A stretch of DNA of 64,000 nt from Octopus bimaculoides (lineage: Eukaryota): positions 47,035,405-47,099,404 of the forward strand of contig NC_068996.1 of assembly GCF_001194135.2 (NCBI RefSeq), read 5' to 3'. How positions within the stretch are numbered: the first letter of the stretch is position 1; each line of letters opens with the position of its first letter. Positions 24,839 to 37,246 of this stretch are shown piece after piece. A program made the position numbers and the translations under genes. Under the pieces are notes generated by a model. That model searched no databases, was not told the origin of the DNA, and saw only the letters and a program-made list of their open reading frames with translations.

Positions 24839-26414
24839 ATTTATATTTCTTCACTTTTTACTTTTCACTTTCTTTATTCATTGTCCTTTATTCATTGTCC
24901 TCTCCTAGCTACCCATTTCTCTATGCCTAGGATAATAAAATATCACCTACACTTCACCTCTAACCTATCAAAGAACCAGTCTAGCTGACTCTTATCTCAC
25001 CTGTATTGCTGACCCTAAATATCATATTACACCCTTTCACAAACTATATTCTTAACCTAACCCAACCCTTTAATGCCTATAACGACCAACTTTGCTGGTC
25101 TAACTTCCATATTTAGTCTCAACAGACTTCAGCCATGTCCCTGTTGTATTCTTGGGATATTTTTTTCTTTGTAAAATTACTTTTCTTTGTAATGGAATAA
25201 TGTTCTCATTCTTCTATTAAAAAGTGTGTAAGAAACAGCTGTAATGAGCTAACATTTATCCATTGTATGTTATTATTCATTTGATTATTATATGTCAAGG
25301 GGATTTACGAGTTGTTGGACACCCTAGAGTATACCAACAAACATACAATTCAATGGAATGAGTGCCTTGGACCAGCCCCTAGGTGCTAAATACTCATAGG
25401 GTTGGTTTTCTCTGTGTACACAATTGGAATATCCTATTTGATACTCACCAACCATAGGCCAGAACTACAGGTTTATCCAACCCTACCCAGTGCATATCTT
25501 TTCAAGTAACTGATTCTATCTAAATCCTTATTTTACTATAATATACATATATATATGTGTGTGTATGTATATGTATGTATATATGTATATATAAATAACA
25601 AATGAAAGACAGAAGATGGAATATATGAGAATATATTATTAATCACAACAATTGTTTCGACACATCTAGCATCGACTCCTCTTGTGGGACACGCAAAAAC
25701 TGGTTCAGGAGTATCCGGTGGTGCAGACTTATTTTGTCGGGTGATAAATAAAAAAAAACATCTCGTTAAAATGACTGTTCCATAATGCAACTTTCCGTTT
25801 TGTAGAGAGAAAAACAGCCAGATGGAGGAAAATTCTTTAGAAAAATAAGATCCAAAAATAAAATTGCCGAAGACAAAAAGAGAAACGAACACTTAATCCA
25901 GCGAGAAAAGTATTGAAAATAACTGTTAACAGATATGTATGTATAAATGCCCTCGGGCAAACTGCATGACACGAGTACACACGCTCATACAAGGATTAGC
26001 AAAAATGTGAGCATACGTACACACAAGGTTTGGTGCATTCATAATCACAAAGCGAGTTAGATATTTAGTAGGTGTTTAGAAAACCAGAGAGGTTTAAAGT
26101 AAATTTAAGTCATTCATACCTTAAAGTAAAATAAAATAAAATTACACTAAGTTAACGGTTACTCCAAATTCATTCTCCCTGCATTGTGCAAAAGTACATT
26201 TATATGTAGACATCTCGATAGTCTTTCAGAAATTCTATTAAGTATCTTTTCGTTAGTCCATATATATATATATATGCACATATATATACACACATATATA
26301 TACACATATATATTTGCATATATATATATATATATATNNNNNNNNNNNNNNNNNNNNNNNNNNNNNNNNNNNNNNNNNNNNNNNNNNNNNNNNNNNNNNN
26401 NNNNTATATATAGA

Positions 26415-26716
26415 CATTCAAGCGAGATCATTGCCAGTGCTGATGGATTGGCTCCTGTGCAGGTGGCACGTAAAACACACCATTTCGAGCGTGGCCGTCG
26501 CCAGTACCGCCTGACTGGCCCTCGTGCCGGTGGCACATAAAAGCACCCACTACACTCTCGGAGTGGTTGGCATTAGGAAGGGCATCCAGCTGTAGAAACT
26601 CTGCCAAATCAGATTGGAGCCTGATGTCGCCTCCTGGCCCACCAGTCCTCAGTCAAATCGTCCAACCCATGCTAGCATGGAAAGCGGACGTTAAATGATG
26701 ATGATGATGATGATGA
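26415..26716 (+). mobile_element. RTE 3'UTR / family D
   Basis: Homologous to 14545-14886; ends in (GAT)n. Confidence 0.8.
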
Positions 26717-26729
26717 TATATACATATGT

Positions 26730-27068
26730 ATCAGGTGTGGCTGCATGATAAGACGCTTGCTTCCCAATCACATAGCTTCAAGTTCATTCCCACTGTGTGA
26801 CACCTTGGGCGAAGTGTTGTCTAACCAAAGCCTTGTGTGTGGCTTTGGTAGATGGAAACTGAAAGAAACCCATTGTGTGTATGTACCTCATCACTGTTTG
26901 GCAACTGGTGTTGGTGTGTTTACATCCCTGTAACTTAGTGGTTTGGCAAAAGAGACTGATAGAATAAGTACTTGGCTTAAGAAATAAGTCCTGGAATTGA
27001 TTTGTTCGACTAAAACCCTTCCAGGCAGTGCTCCAGTATGGCCACAGTCAAATGACTCAAACAAGTAG
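26730..27068 (+). mobile_element. SINE family A
   Basis: Head, central and tail motifs as in other copies. Confidence 0.8.
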
Positions 27069-28072
27069 AATATGTGTAGTGGCTTTTGCACTGTTACCAT
27101 TTGCTGAATTCCACTGTTGAGACATAAGGCAAGTTCAGGTGATGGTAGAAGATTGTATGTAGAAGTGACTTAGATGCCATACATGCAGCACACCTGGTAG
27201 ATCAATTAGTAACTACTGGTACGGAAAGACGATTAGAGACAAATTAGATTGCTTTAAATTTTCCTTTTCTTCTAGTATTAATTGGCCTGTGTTGTAATGT
27301 AATTTAATGAAAGACCGTGATTAAACTCTGGACACAAATTGTTATTATGCATGGTCCCCTTCTCTTTAGGTATTCTCTGACATTCAAAGGCTCAACACTT
27401 AACATTAATCATTCACTCATTATCACCCCCCATCACCTTGTATTTGCAGAGCTGCCGCTTTTTATTTGGGATTGCTTTCATGTCTTTATATTCTATTAGT
27501 TATTCATTACTCAATAATACTTTTATCTTTAAATCTTAATATCAATCTCATTAAATCATTGCACACTATTGGCAAAGTTCTTTCTCTCTGTGGAACACAA
27601 TTTCTGCTCGTGTGATCTCATTAATTATTACCATTTGGCCCTCTGGATTTACCATTATTGTCATGGTACTGACCCATTATTGACATTAACTTGAAATCTT
27701 CATTTGTCCTCAACATATGTTTACGTTTTGTGTGTCTAGTCAAGATACAATGCACAATCATAAACTTATGACTTCCTTGAGTTAGTCATTAAACAACTTC
27801 TACAAGAGCTGCGGGCAAAGCTGTGCAGTTATGAAGTTTACTTCGCAACCACATGGTTTCAGGTTCAATCTCGCTGCATGGCACTTTGGGTGAGTGTCTT
27901 GCATTATAACCTCAGATCAACCATTGGCATATCAGTGAATTCAATAGACAAAAACTATCTAAGACTACACTGTGTCTTATAACAGAAACAGCTGTAAGGT
28001 AATGAAGTTCATTGGATAATTTCTTGTTTCCTTATCATTTTATATGATCTCTTTTGTGTGTGTGTGTGTGTC

Positions 28073-28105
<33 letters not shown>

Positions 28106-28117
28106 GTGTGTGCATGT

Positions 28118-28162
<45 letters not shown>

Positions 28163-28557
28163 CTCTTTTCTCTTTTACTTGTTTCAGTCATTTGACTGTG
28201 GTCATGCTGGAGCACCGCCTTTAGTCAAGCAGATCGACCCCGGGACTTATTCTTTGTAAGCCTAGTACTTATTCTATCGGTCCCTTTTGCTGAACTGCTA
28301 GGTGACGGGGACATAAGCACCCAGCATCAGTTGTTAAGCAATGCTAGGGGGACAAACACAGACACACAAACACACACAAATATATATACATATATACGAC
28401 GGGCTTCTTTCAGTTTCCGTCTACCAAATCCAGTCACAAGGCTTTGGTCGGCTCGAGGCTATAGTAGGAGACACTTGCCCAAGATGCCACACAGTGGGAA
28501 TGAACCCACAATCATGTGGTTGGTAAGCAAGCTACTTACCACACAGCCACTCCTGCG

Positions 28558-28560
<3 letters not shown>
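28163..28560 (-). mobile_element. SINE family A, full length
   Basis: Very similar to 24422-24838. Confidence 0.9.
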
Positions 28561-28604
<44 letters not shown>

Positions 28605-28914
28605 ATACAAATAATATGTGAGTATATGCGTATATACGTACATGTATGTACATACCTACATCTACATGTATATATAGATGCATAACTGGGTACAGGACGT
28701 CACAAAAAAATAAATGTGGACAAAATGAAAAACAAGAATATAAACAAAGCATGGAAAACAAACTTTTTTCGGACAACGGTAGGAACACACAGGAAAACAG
28801 ACAGGCTACATAGAGAACATTTCCTTCATCAGCAGCCCCTATTCTAAACTAAGCGTTTCGAAGTGNNNNNNNNNNCCTTCATCAGCAGCCCCTATTCTAA
28901 ACTAAGCGTTTCGA

Positions 28915-28976
<62 letters not shown>

Positions 28977-29354
28977 TACACACATATGCATGTATGTGCT
29001 GTGTGTGGTATGGTGTGGTGTGGTTTGGTGTGGTACATTTGAAATGTCCAACTAAAACCTTAACATGTGATTTAAATGCACTGCTAACACAGTAGAACAT
29101 GGTATTGACCTATAAAAACGTTTCATATATACTTTGTAGCATAGGGAAGAATATTTACTTCTCCATTAATCTGGTAAAACTTCCCATCTTCTTCAACCGG
29201 AATGGCTTTAGCCAGTTATTTCTCTGTAATGAATACATATGGTTGCATAACGAAATACCATGTGCCTACAAGTCATTAGTATCGGAGATGTAGTCCTGGG
29301 ACTTGTCAGGTTAAAAAAATCCAACCTCCATGCCAGCATGGAACATGGACATTA

Positions 29355-29376
29355 AATGATAATGGTAATGATGATT

Positions 29377-29418
<42 letters not shown>

Positions 29419-29442
29419 GTGATGATGATGGTTGATGATGAC

Positions 29443-29492
<50 letters not shown>

Positions 29493-29670
29493 GTGATGAT
29501 AGTTGATGATTGATGATGATGATGACAATGAGAATGATGGTGATGGTGATGATAATGATGATGACAATGATGATGATGGTTGATGATGATTGATAATGAT
29601 GACGACGATGATGAAAGTGACAATGATGACAATGATGATGATAACAACAATGATGATGATGATAATGATT
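29355..29670. repeat. (GAT)n tract
   Basis: Directly visible. Confidence 0.95.
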
Positions 29671-29960
29671 ACAACTCTACAGTTAAGGTAGGATTGTTTT
29701 TACAAGAAATTTACATTTAGTAACTGAAATGACCCTTGCATATTCATTAAATCTGCAACCCACCCCACAGGTGTTACTCACGAGTGAGTATGAGTGTGAG
29801 AATGAACTTGAATATGATTTGGTAATATGTACCATGTTTCTACTAATTATTTTGGGTACGTATGTAGTTATGAACTGACACAGGTACCCAACCAACCCTG
29901 TCACTCTTGACTCAGTAGAGCGTCTAGGTTGTGATAGCTAAATAGATAGATAGATAGATG

Positions 29961-29991
<31 letters not shown>

Positions 29992-29994
29992 GGA

Positions 29995-30043
<49 letters not shown>

Positions 30044-30566
30044 NNNNNNNNNNNNNNNNNNNNNNNNNNNNNNNNNNNNNNNNNNNNNNNNNNNNNNNNN
30101 NNNNNNNNNNNNNNNNNNNNNNNNNNNNNNNNNNNNNNNNNNNNNNNNNNNNNNNNNNNNNNNNNNNNNNNNNNNNNNNNNNNNNNNNNNNNNNNNNNNN
30201 NNNNNNNNNNNNNNNNNNNNNNNNNNNNNNNNNNNNNNNNNNNNNNNNNNNNNNNNNNNNNNNNNNNNNNNNNNNNNNNNNNNNNNNNNNNNNNNNNNNN
30301 NNNNNNNNNNNNNNNNNNNNNNNNNNNNNNNNNNNNNNNNNNNNNNNNNNNNNNNNNNNNNNNNNNNNNNNNNNNNNNNNNNNNNNNNNNNNNNNNNNNN
30401 NNNNNNNNNNNNNNNNNNNNNNNNNNNNNNNNNNNNNNNNNNNNNNNNNNNNNNNNNNNNNNNNNNNNNNNNNNNNNNNNNNNNNNNNNNNNNNNNNNNN
30501 NNNNNNNNNNNNNNNNNNNNNNNNNNNNNNNNNNNNNNNNNNNNNNNNNNNNNNNNNNNNNNNNNN

Positions 30567-30778
30567 ATCATCATCATCATCTTCATCGTTTAATGTCCGC
30601 TTTCCATGCTAGCATGGGTTGGACGATTTGACTGAGGACTGGTGAACCAGATGGCTGCACCAGGCTCCAATCTGATCTGGCAGAGTTTCTACAGCTGGAT
30701 GCCCTTCCTAACGCCAACCACTCCAAGAGTGTAGTGGGTGCTTTTACGTGCCACCAGGACGAAGGCCAGCCAGGCGGT
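30567..30778 (-). mobile_element. RTE 3'UTR / family D
   Basis: Reverse complement of the 14700-14886 tail. Confidence 0.8.
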
Positions 30779-30935
30779 ATATATATAAATCTATATTCAG
30801 GGCAAGCAAGTAAGTATACAGGCCAAGCCACATGCTGAAAGAAGATGCCAAATATCTCTGAACTACCTTAAAATGTCACAATAGACACGCACCAAACTTA
30901 AGCAAATAAACAAAAAAGATCCATGAAAAGATTCA

Positions 30936-30995
30936 ATTACATATCAATTGATTTCAGGATTAAAGGGAAACTCCTTTTTCCATCATCAGTGTAAT
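30936..30995 (-). ncRNA. Type I hammerhead ribozyme motif within a ~499-bp tandem unit
   Basis: AUUACA CUGAUGA U-GGA..AAAGG AGUUUC CCUUU..UCC-U GAA AUCAAUUGAU A^ UGUAAU: perfect 6-bp stem I and a 10-nt palindromic stem III. Confidence 0.75.
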
Positions 30996-31564
30996 ACAAC
31001 CCAATGTACATAAAAATGAACAATGATACATACCCCATAAACACAACGGCTTCACGGCACAAAGACGACTGTCCATACTTATATACAAATTACAATTCAA
31101 AAATCCAGTTTGTTTATTTTCGACCATTTGTGAATAACCAAATAATTCAGCAGTGAATAATTTTGGTTTAAGTGAAATTATATATATTTTTGATATATTT
31201 TAGAATTTAGGATAAAATCTATATATGATTTTATCAGGTAGTTAACATGTAATAAACTGGTTAAGGTAAAAATTAATAAATTTATAAATCTATATTCAGG
31301 CAAGCGAGTAAGTATGCAGGCCAAGCCACATGGTGAAAGAAGATGCCAAATATCTCTAAACTACCTTAAAATATCACAATAAACTTGTGCCAAACTCAGT
31401 CATATAAATGAAGAAGATTCTTGGAAAGGTTCAATTACATATCGTTGATTTCAGGATTAGAGGAATATGTATGGCACCTTGGGCAAGTGTCTTCTACTAT
31501 AGCCTTGGGCTGACCAAAGCCTTGTGAGTGGATTTGGTAGGTGGAAATGGAAGGAAGACCATTC

Positions 31565-31620
<56 letters not shown>

Positions 31621-31744
31621 TGTACAGAGGGACGATGCAGAAATAAGACAATGACATATGTAGGCGAAACAGCAAGGAGCATAGGGGAGCGGGCAAACGA
31701 ACATTGGAGGGAACTTAAGGAAGGGAAGAACTCATCAGTTCTGT
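31621..31744 (+). mobile_element. PLE GIY-YIG endonuclease fragment running into a gap
   Basis: CTEGRCRNKTMTYVGETARSIGERANEHWRELKEGKNSSVL (YVGET..R..EH motif). Confidence 0.75.
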
Positions 31745-33664
31745 NNNNNNNNNNNNNNNNNNNNNNNNNNNNNNNNNNNNNNNNNNNNNNNNNNNNNNNN
31801 NNNNNNNNNNNNNNNNNNNNNNNNNNNNNNNNNNNNNNNNNNNNNNNNNNNNNNNNNNNNNNNNNNNNNNNNNNNNNNNNNNNNNNNNNNNNNNNNNNNN
31901 NNNNNNNNNNNNNNNNNNNNNNNNNNNNNNNNNNNNNNNNNNNNNNNNNNNNNNNNNNNNNNNNNNNNNNNNNNNNNNNNNNNNNNNNNNNNNNNNNNNN
32001 NNNNNNNNNNNNNNNNNNNNNNNNNNNNNNNNNNNNNNNNNNNNNNNNNNNNNNNNNNNNNNNNNNNNNNNNNNNNNNNNNNNNNNNNNNNNNNNNNNNN
32101 NNNNNNNNNNNNNNNNNNNNNNNNNNNNNNNNNNNNNNNNNNNNNNNNNNNNNNNNNNNNNNNNNNNNNNNNNNNNNNNNNNNNNNNNNNNNNNNNNNNN
32201 NNNNNNNNNNNNNNNNNNNNNNNNNNNNNNNNNNNNNNNNNNNNNNNNNNNNNNNNNNNNNNNNNNNNNNNNNNNNNNNNNNNNNNNNNNNNNNNNNNNN
32301 NNNNNNNNNNNNNNNNNNNNNNNNNNNNNNNNNNNNNNNNNNNNNNNNNNNNNNNNNNNNNNNNNNNNNNNNNNNNNNNNNNNNNNNNNNNNNNNNNNNN
32401 NNNNNNNNNNNNNNNNNNNNNNNNNNNNNNNNNNNNNNNNNNNNNNNNNNNNNNNNNNNNNNNNNNNNNNNNNNNNNNNNNNNNNNNNNNNNNNNNNNNN
32501 NNNNNNNNNNNNNNNNNNNNNNNNNNNNNNNNNNNNNNNNNNNNNNNNNNNNNNNNNNNNNNNNNNNNNNNNNNNNNNNNNNNNNNNNNNNNNNNNNNNN
32601 NNNNNNNNNNNNNNNNNNNNNNNNNNNNNNNNNNNNNNNNNNNNNNNNNNNNNNNNNNNNNNNNNNNNNNNNNNNNNNNNNNNNNNNNNNNNNNNNNNNN
32701 NNNNNNNNNNNNNNNNNNNNNNNNNNNNNNNNNNTAATAATAATATATATTCTCCGATTTGAAGTGACAATTTTTAAATACTTACAAAGCCTTTCTGGCT
32801 TGTTTACAAATATTATATATGTGTGTGTGTGTGCACATGCATGTGTGTGTGTATATGTGTGTGTATAAAGTTCATAAAAGAAAATGTAGAAGAAAAAATA
32901 TAATAGATGCTTGGTTCATTTTGTTTGTATCACAATGGAAAAGTAATGCAAATTAAAAGAGATACCTATAAGAATAAGTATAAAAGGAACCAGATCAACA
33001 AAACAACCAAAAAATATCCGATAAAATCCTACACATGTTTCAATCCGACAATATGTTTGAATCATCGATATTCTGACTGTTATAGATGTAATAAACGATA
33101 TATTGTCGTATATGTTCGGGAAAAAAGTAAGTGTATTTTCCGGTCTTGAATTATGAAATAACTTATTTTGAAATTTTCAAATGTAAACAACAATTTATTA
33201 AGATGTAGAGTTCATGTGATTAGAAATTGATCATTTAAAATTTACCTATTATTGAATGTGGAAATGTTGCTATAACATCAAATTCATTTGAAAAATATAT
33301 CTATACTTATCTTTATAATATATTTATAAAAGTTTATGGAAGGAAGATGGTAGAGAAACAAATGTAACTTAACATGATGGGTGTAATATACACAGAATTA
33401 GATTGAGAAATGTTTATAAAGATGGAATGAAAAGTTTGTTTATATTACACTACGATAATGTTTTTTAGAATTACTACATTGAAATATTATAACATTGGTG
33501 TTATTTGCTAACGATCACATTGGTGCTATTTACGTGCCACTGTCACAAAAGCCACACAGCTGCTCTGGCAACAATCATGCTCGGACGGTGCTCTTAGTGC
33601 TCCACTGGTACAGGTGTCATCACGATTTTGCTTTTGCATGCCCCAACAGGACTTCGCAAGCCTG

Positions 33665-33735
<71 letters not shown>

Positions 33736-33946
33736 AGCAATGTTAAATCTCTGAACGAGGTATTAACAGTAACTGCACGATAAAGTGAAGTATATTTGCC
33801 ACTTAAATGTGGCTGACCTCGAGGGGTGGATGTTACTGTTGCTTTTAGCCCCAGGAGGACATCTCCTCCAGCTGGCTATCGACACACTTCTGTGTCCTGT
33901 CTGTATTTGCCAAGGGAAGTTATCCTTCCCATCTTGATCTACGATA

Positions 33947-33991
33947 CGTACGTACTCGAGTTTCAGGGTTATTTCCCTTCTTCAGCGTATG
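33947..33991 (-). ncRNA. Minimal type I hammerhead ribozyme motif
   Basis: CAUACG CUGAAGA AGGG AAAUAA CCCU GAA ACUCGAGU A^ CGUACG: 4-bp stem II, palindromic stem III, stem I 5 of 6 bp. Confidence 0.75.
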
Positions 33992-34234
33992 ACAATCGCC
34001 GACCTTCGATGCAAAAGGCATCCCTGAAAAAGGGAAATAACTCTGAAATTCAATTTATTAAAAATTAAAATTAAATTAAGTTTCACAGTATAATATATAA
34101 ATATATAGTTTTAGAGAAAAGAACCAAAGTTCATGAACTAATCCATGAAAATCCAGTCACATATAGAAAAATTAATAATTAAAAGCACAATAAATAAGTT
34201 TAATATAATACAAAGTAAATATCATAAGATAATG

Positions 34235-34285
<51 letters not shown>

Positions 34286-34484
34286 TTAGGGTTAAAAATC
34301 CAAATTTACAGGTAAAAACTCAATTAAATTCAATTTATTAGAAATTGAAATTGAATTAAGTTTCACAGTATAAAATATGAATATATAGTTTCAGAGAAAA
34401 GAACCAAAGTGCATGAACTCATCGATGAAAATCCACTGTCACATATAGAAAAATTAATAATTAAAAGCACAATAAATAAGTATA

Positions 34485-34519
<35 letters not shown>

Positions 34520-34534
34520 CGACTATGATGATAT

Positions 34535-34636
34535 TTTCTTCTTCTTCTTCTTCTTCTTCTTCTTCTTCTTCTTCTTCTTCTTCTTCTTCTTCTTCTTCTT
34601 CTTCTTCTTCTTCTTCTTCTTCTTCTTCTTCTTCTA
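34535..34636. repeat. (CTT)n microsatellite, next to (TAA)n tracts at 34235-34287 and 34483-34517
   Basis: Directly visible. Confidence 0.95.
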
Positions 34637-34713
34637 ACTATTTGAATGTTTGTTTTATTTGTATTGTATTGTTAGTTTGAAGTATAGGTTCATTTTTATC
34701 TATAAACAATTTA

Positions 34714-35105
34714 TCATTTATCTTGTTGACTGTCTGGTGGTTGGTTGTCATTATTTTCAAATTTAATTTTATGTGTGTATCCTGCTTTAGCTAATGCTGA
34801 GTTATTATAGTCCTTATTAATATTAAAGATTTCTTTGTTAGATGAGAAGTAAGTAATGCTGTGTTGAATATTTTTAACTAAACATTTAGTTATCATTTTG
34901 GGATGATTACTATCATGATTAATATATGTTGAATTTGAATTAGGTTTGTAATATGGTGCATGGTTGCCTGTGAGTAGGTTAAAGTTGGCATCTAAAAACT
35001 TCATGGAACTATGCTCGTTTTCTACAGAAATTTTCAGGCCAAACATATTAAAGAATCTATGAAATTTTTTCTTGTAATTTCCTAATTTTCTGTTACTTGT
35101 AGATT
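34714..35105 (-). mobile_element. PLE reverse-transcriptase thumb remnant
   Basis: KFLDANFNLLTGNHAPYYKPNSNSTYINHDSNHPKMI...SSNKEIF...ALAKAGY matches the FLD...KP...YI...SNHP...GY pattern of PLE RT C-termini. Confidence 0.75.
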
Positions 35106-35106
35106 T

Positions 35107-36020
35107 CATCATCATCATCATCATCATCATCGTTTAACGTCAGCTTTCCATGCTAGCATGGGTTGGACGATTTGACTGAGGACTGGTGAAACCGGATGGC
35201 AACACCAGGCTCCAATCTAAATTTGGCAGAGTTTCTACAGCTGGATGCCCTTCCTAATGCCAACCACTCAGAGAGTGTAGTAGGTGCTTTTACGTGTCAC
35301 CTGCACGAAGGCCAGTCAGGCGATACTGGCAACGGCCACGCTCGAAATGGTGTCTTTTATGTGCCACCCACACAAGCCAGTCCAGGGGCACTGGCAACGA
35401 TCTCGCTCGAAAATCCTACGAAGGCCAGTCAGGCGGTACTGGCAACNNNNNNNNNNNNNNNNNNNNNNNNNNNNNNNNNNNNNNNNNNNNNNNNNNNNNN
35501 NNNNNNNNNNNNNNNNNNNNNNNNNNNNNNNNNNNNNNNNNNNNNNNNNNNNNNNNNNNNNNNNNNNNNNNNNNNNNNNNNNNNNNNNNNNNNNNNNNNN
35601 NNNNNNNNNNNNNNNNNNNNNNNNNNNNNNNNNNNNNNNNNNNNNNNNNNNNNNNNNNNNNNNNNNNNNNNNNNNNNNNNNNNNNNNNNNNNNNGCCTAC
35701 CTCTTCCACAGGTTCCCTCAACTGTTAGGGTGTGGCACTTTTTCACGCAGCTATCCTCATCCATTCTCACCACATGTCCATACCAGCGCAATCGTCTCTC
35801 TTGCACACCACAACTGATGCTTCTAATGTTCAGCTTTTCTCTCAAGATACTTACACTCTGACGGGTATTCACATTGACATTACACATCCAACGGAGCATA
35901 CTGGCTTCATTCCTTGCGAGCTTACGCATGTCCTCAGCAGTTACAGCCCATGTTTCACTGCCATGTAGCATGACTGTTCGTACACATTTCACTGCCATGT
36001 AGCATGGCTGTTCGTACACA
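35107..36020 (-). mobile_element. 5'-truncated RTE-clade LINE (RT C-terminus plus 3'UTR, spanning a gap)
   Basis: VRTVMLHGSETWAVTAEDMRKLARNEASMLRWMC...RRLRWYGHVVRMDEDSCVKK...GRGR; family D tail ending in (GAT)n at 35107. Confidence 0.88.
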
Positions 36021-36696
36021 ATTTAATTATAAATAATGCATCGTCTCTATATAATCCTCTGGCTATTTCTGGAAATTCATTATTGAACTTGTACAGAATA
36101 TAAATTCCTACAATATCAGTGACCTGAGTTCAATCAGTCGATCCCTTGGGTATATCAAAGTAACTGGGTGTGTCCTTTCTAGTCCAGTATTTCTTGTCAA
36201 ATTTGATTAACGATTTTCTAGCTGTAAGAATGATATTAATTTCTTTGTGAGACAAGTTGGTATGACCTATAGCAAATATTAAGGCACTATTTAATACTAC
36301 GAGATTTATAGAAGAATAATAATCATTAATATCTACCTGTATAAATCTATGTTTATCCTCATTATCTATTCTGTTACACCAATTTATAACTTATTGAGTA
36401 CTAAACCAGAGCTCTAATAGAGGTTATATTGAGTACTAAGTGATAGTTCTAATAGTTCATAAGTTGGACTATATATTTATCCAAAATTAATTTACTTAAT
36501 TCACCTATGTCTGATTTTGCTGGGCAAATAAGTCTAACTTTAGGATCAGTAAAAAGAAATTTGATTTATGGTCTTTAAAGGATATTCTAGGGCTAAGAGG
36601 GACAGGTCATCAAATTATATTCTGTCATTATTTTTTTACACTTAAGATTAATGTTTCTAAGTACTTATATCTTTGTAGTAATTTCCTTGTGCATAA

Positions 36697-36761
<65 letters not shown>

Positions 36762-37195
36762 TACATATACATATACATACATGCATACATATATATATAT
36801 ACATATATAATATATATATATATATATATATNNNNNNNNNNNNNNNNNNNNNNNNNNNNNNNNNNNNNNNNNNNNNNNNNNNNNNNNNNNNNNNNNNNNN
36901 NNNNNNNNNNNNNNNNNNNNNNNNNNNNNNNNNNNNNNNNNNNNNNNNNNNNNNNNNNNNNNNNNNNNNNNNNNNNNNNNNNNNNNNNNNNNNNNNNNNN
37001 NNNNNNNNNNNNNNNNNNNNNNNNNNNNNNNNNNNNNNNNNNNNNNNNNNNNNNNNNNNNNNNNNNNNNNNNNNNNNNNNNNNNNNNNNNNNNNNNNNNN
37101 NNNNNNNNNNNNNNNNNNNNNNNNNNNNNNNNNNNNNNNNNNNNNNNNNNNNNNNNNNNNNNNNNNNNNNNNNNNNNNNNNNNNNNNNNNNNNNN

Positions 37196-37246
<51 letters not shown>

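Noticed and set aside
28823-28918. 43-bp direct repeat around a 10-N gap, containing CTGATGAAGG on the minus strand
   Set aside because: Identical duplication across a minimal gap is typical of an unmerged contig overlap; the hammerhead-like core lacks a properly placed GAA.
33025-33080. Minus-strand CGAUGA...GAA ACAUGUGU A motif
   Set aside because: The core is missing a nucleotide and both stems are poorly paired; too decayed to call.
35170-35195. CTGAGGA...GAAAC in the RTE tail (also ~30630)
   Set aside because: Only 5 nt between the core halves, no stem II and no stem I; a coincidental match.
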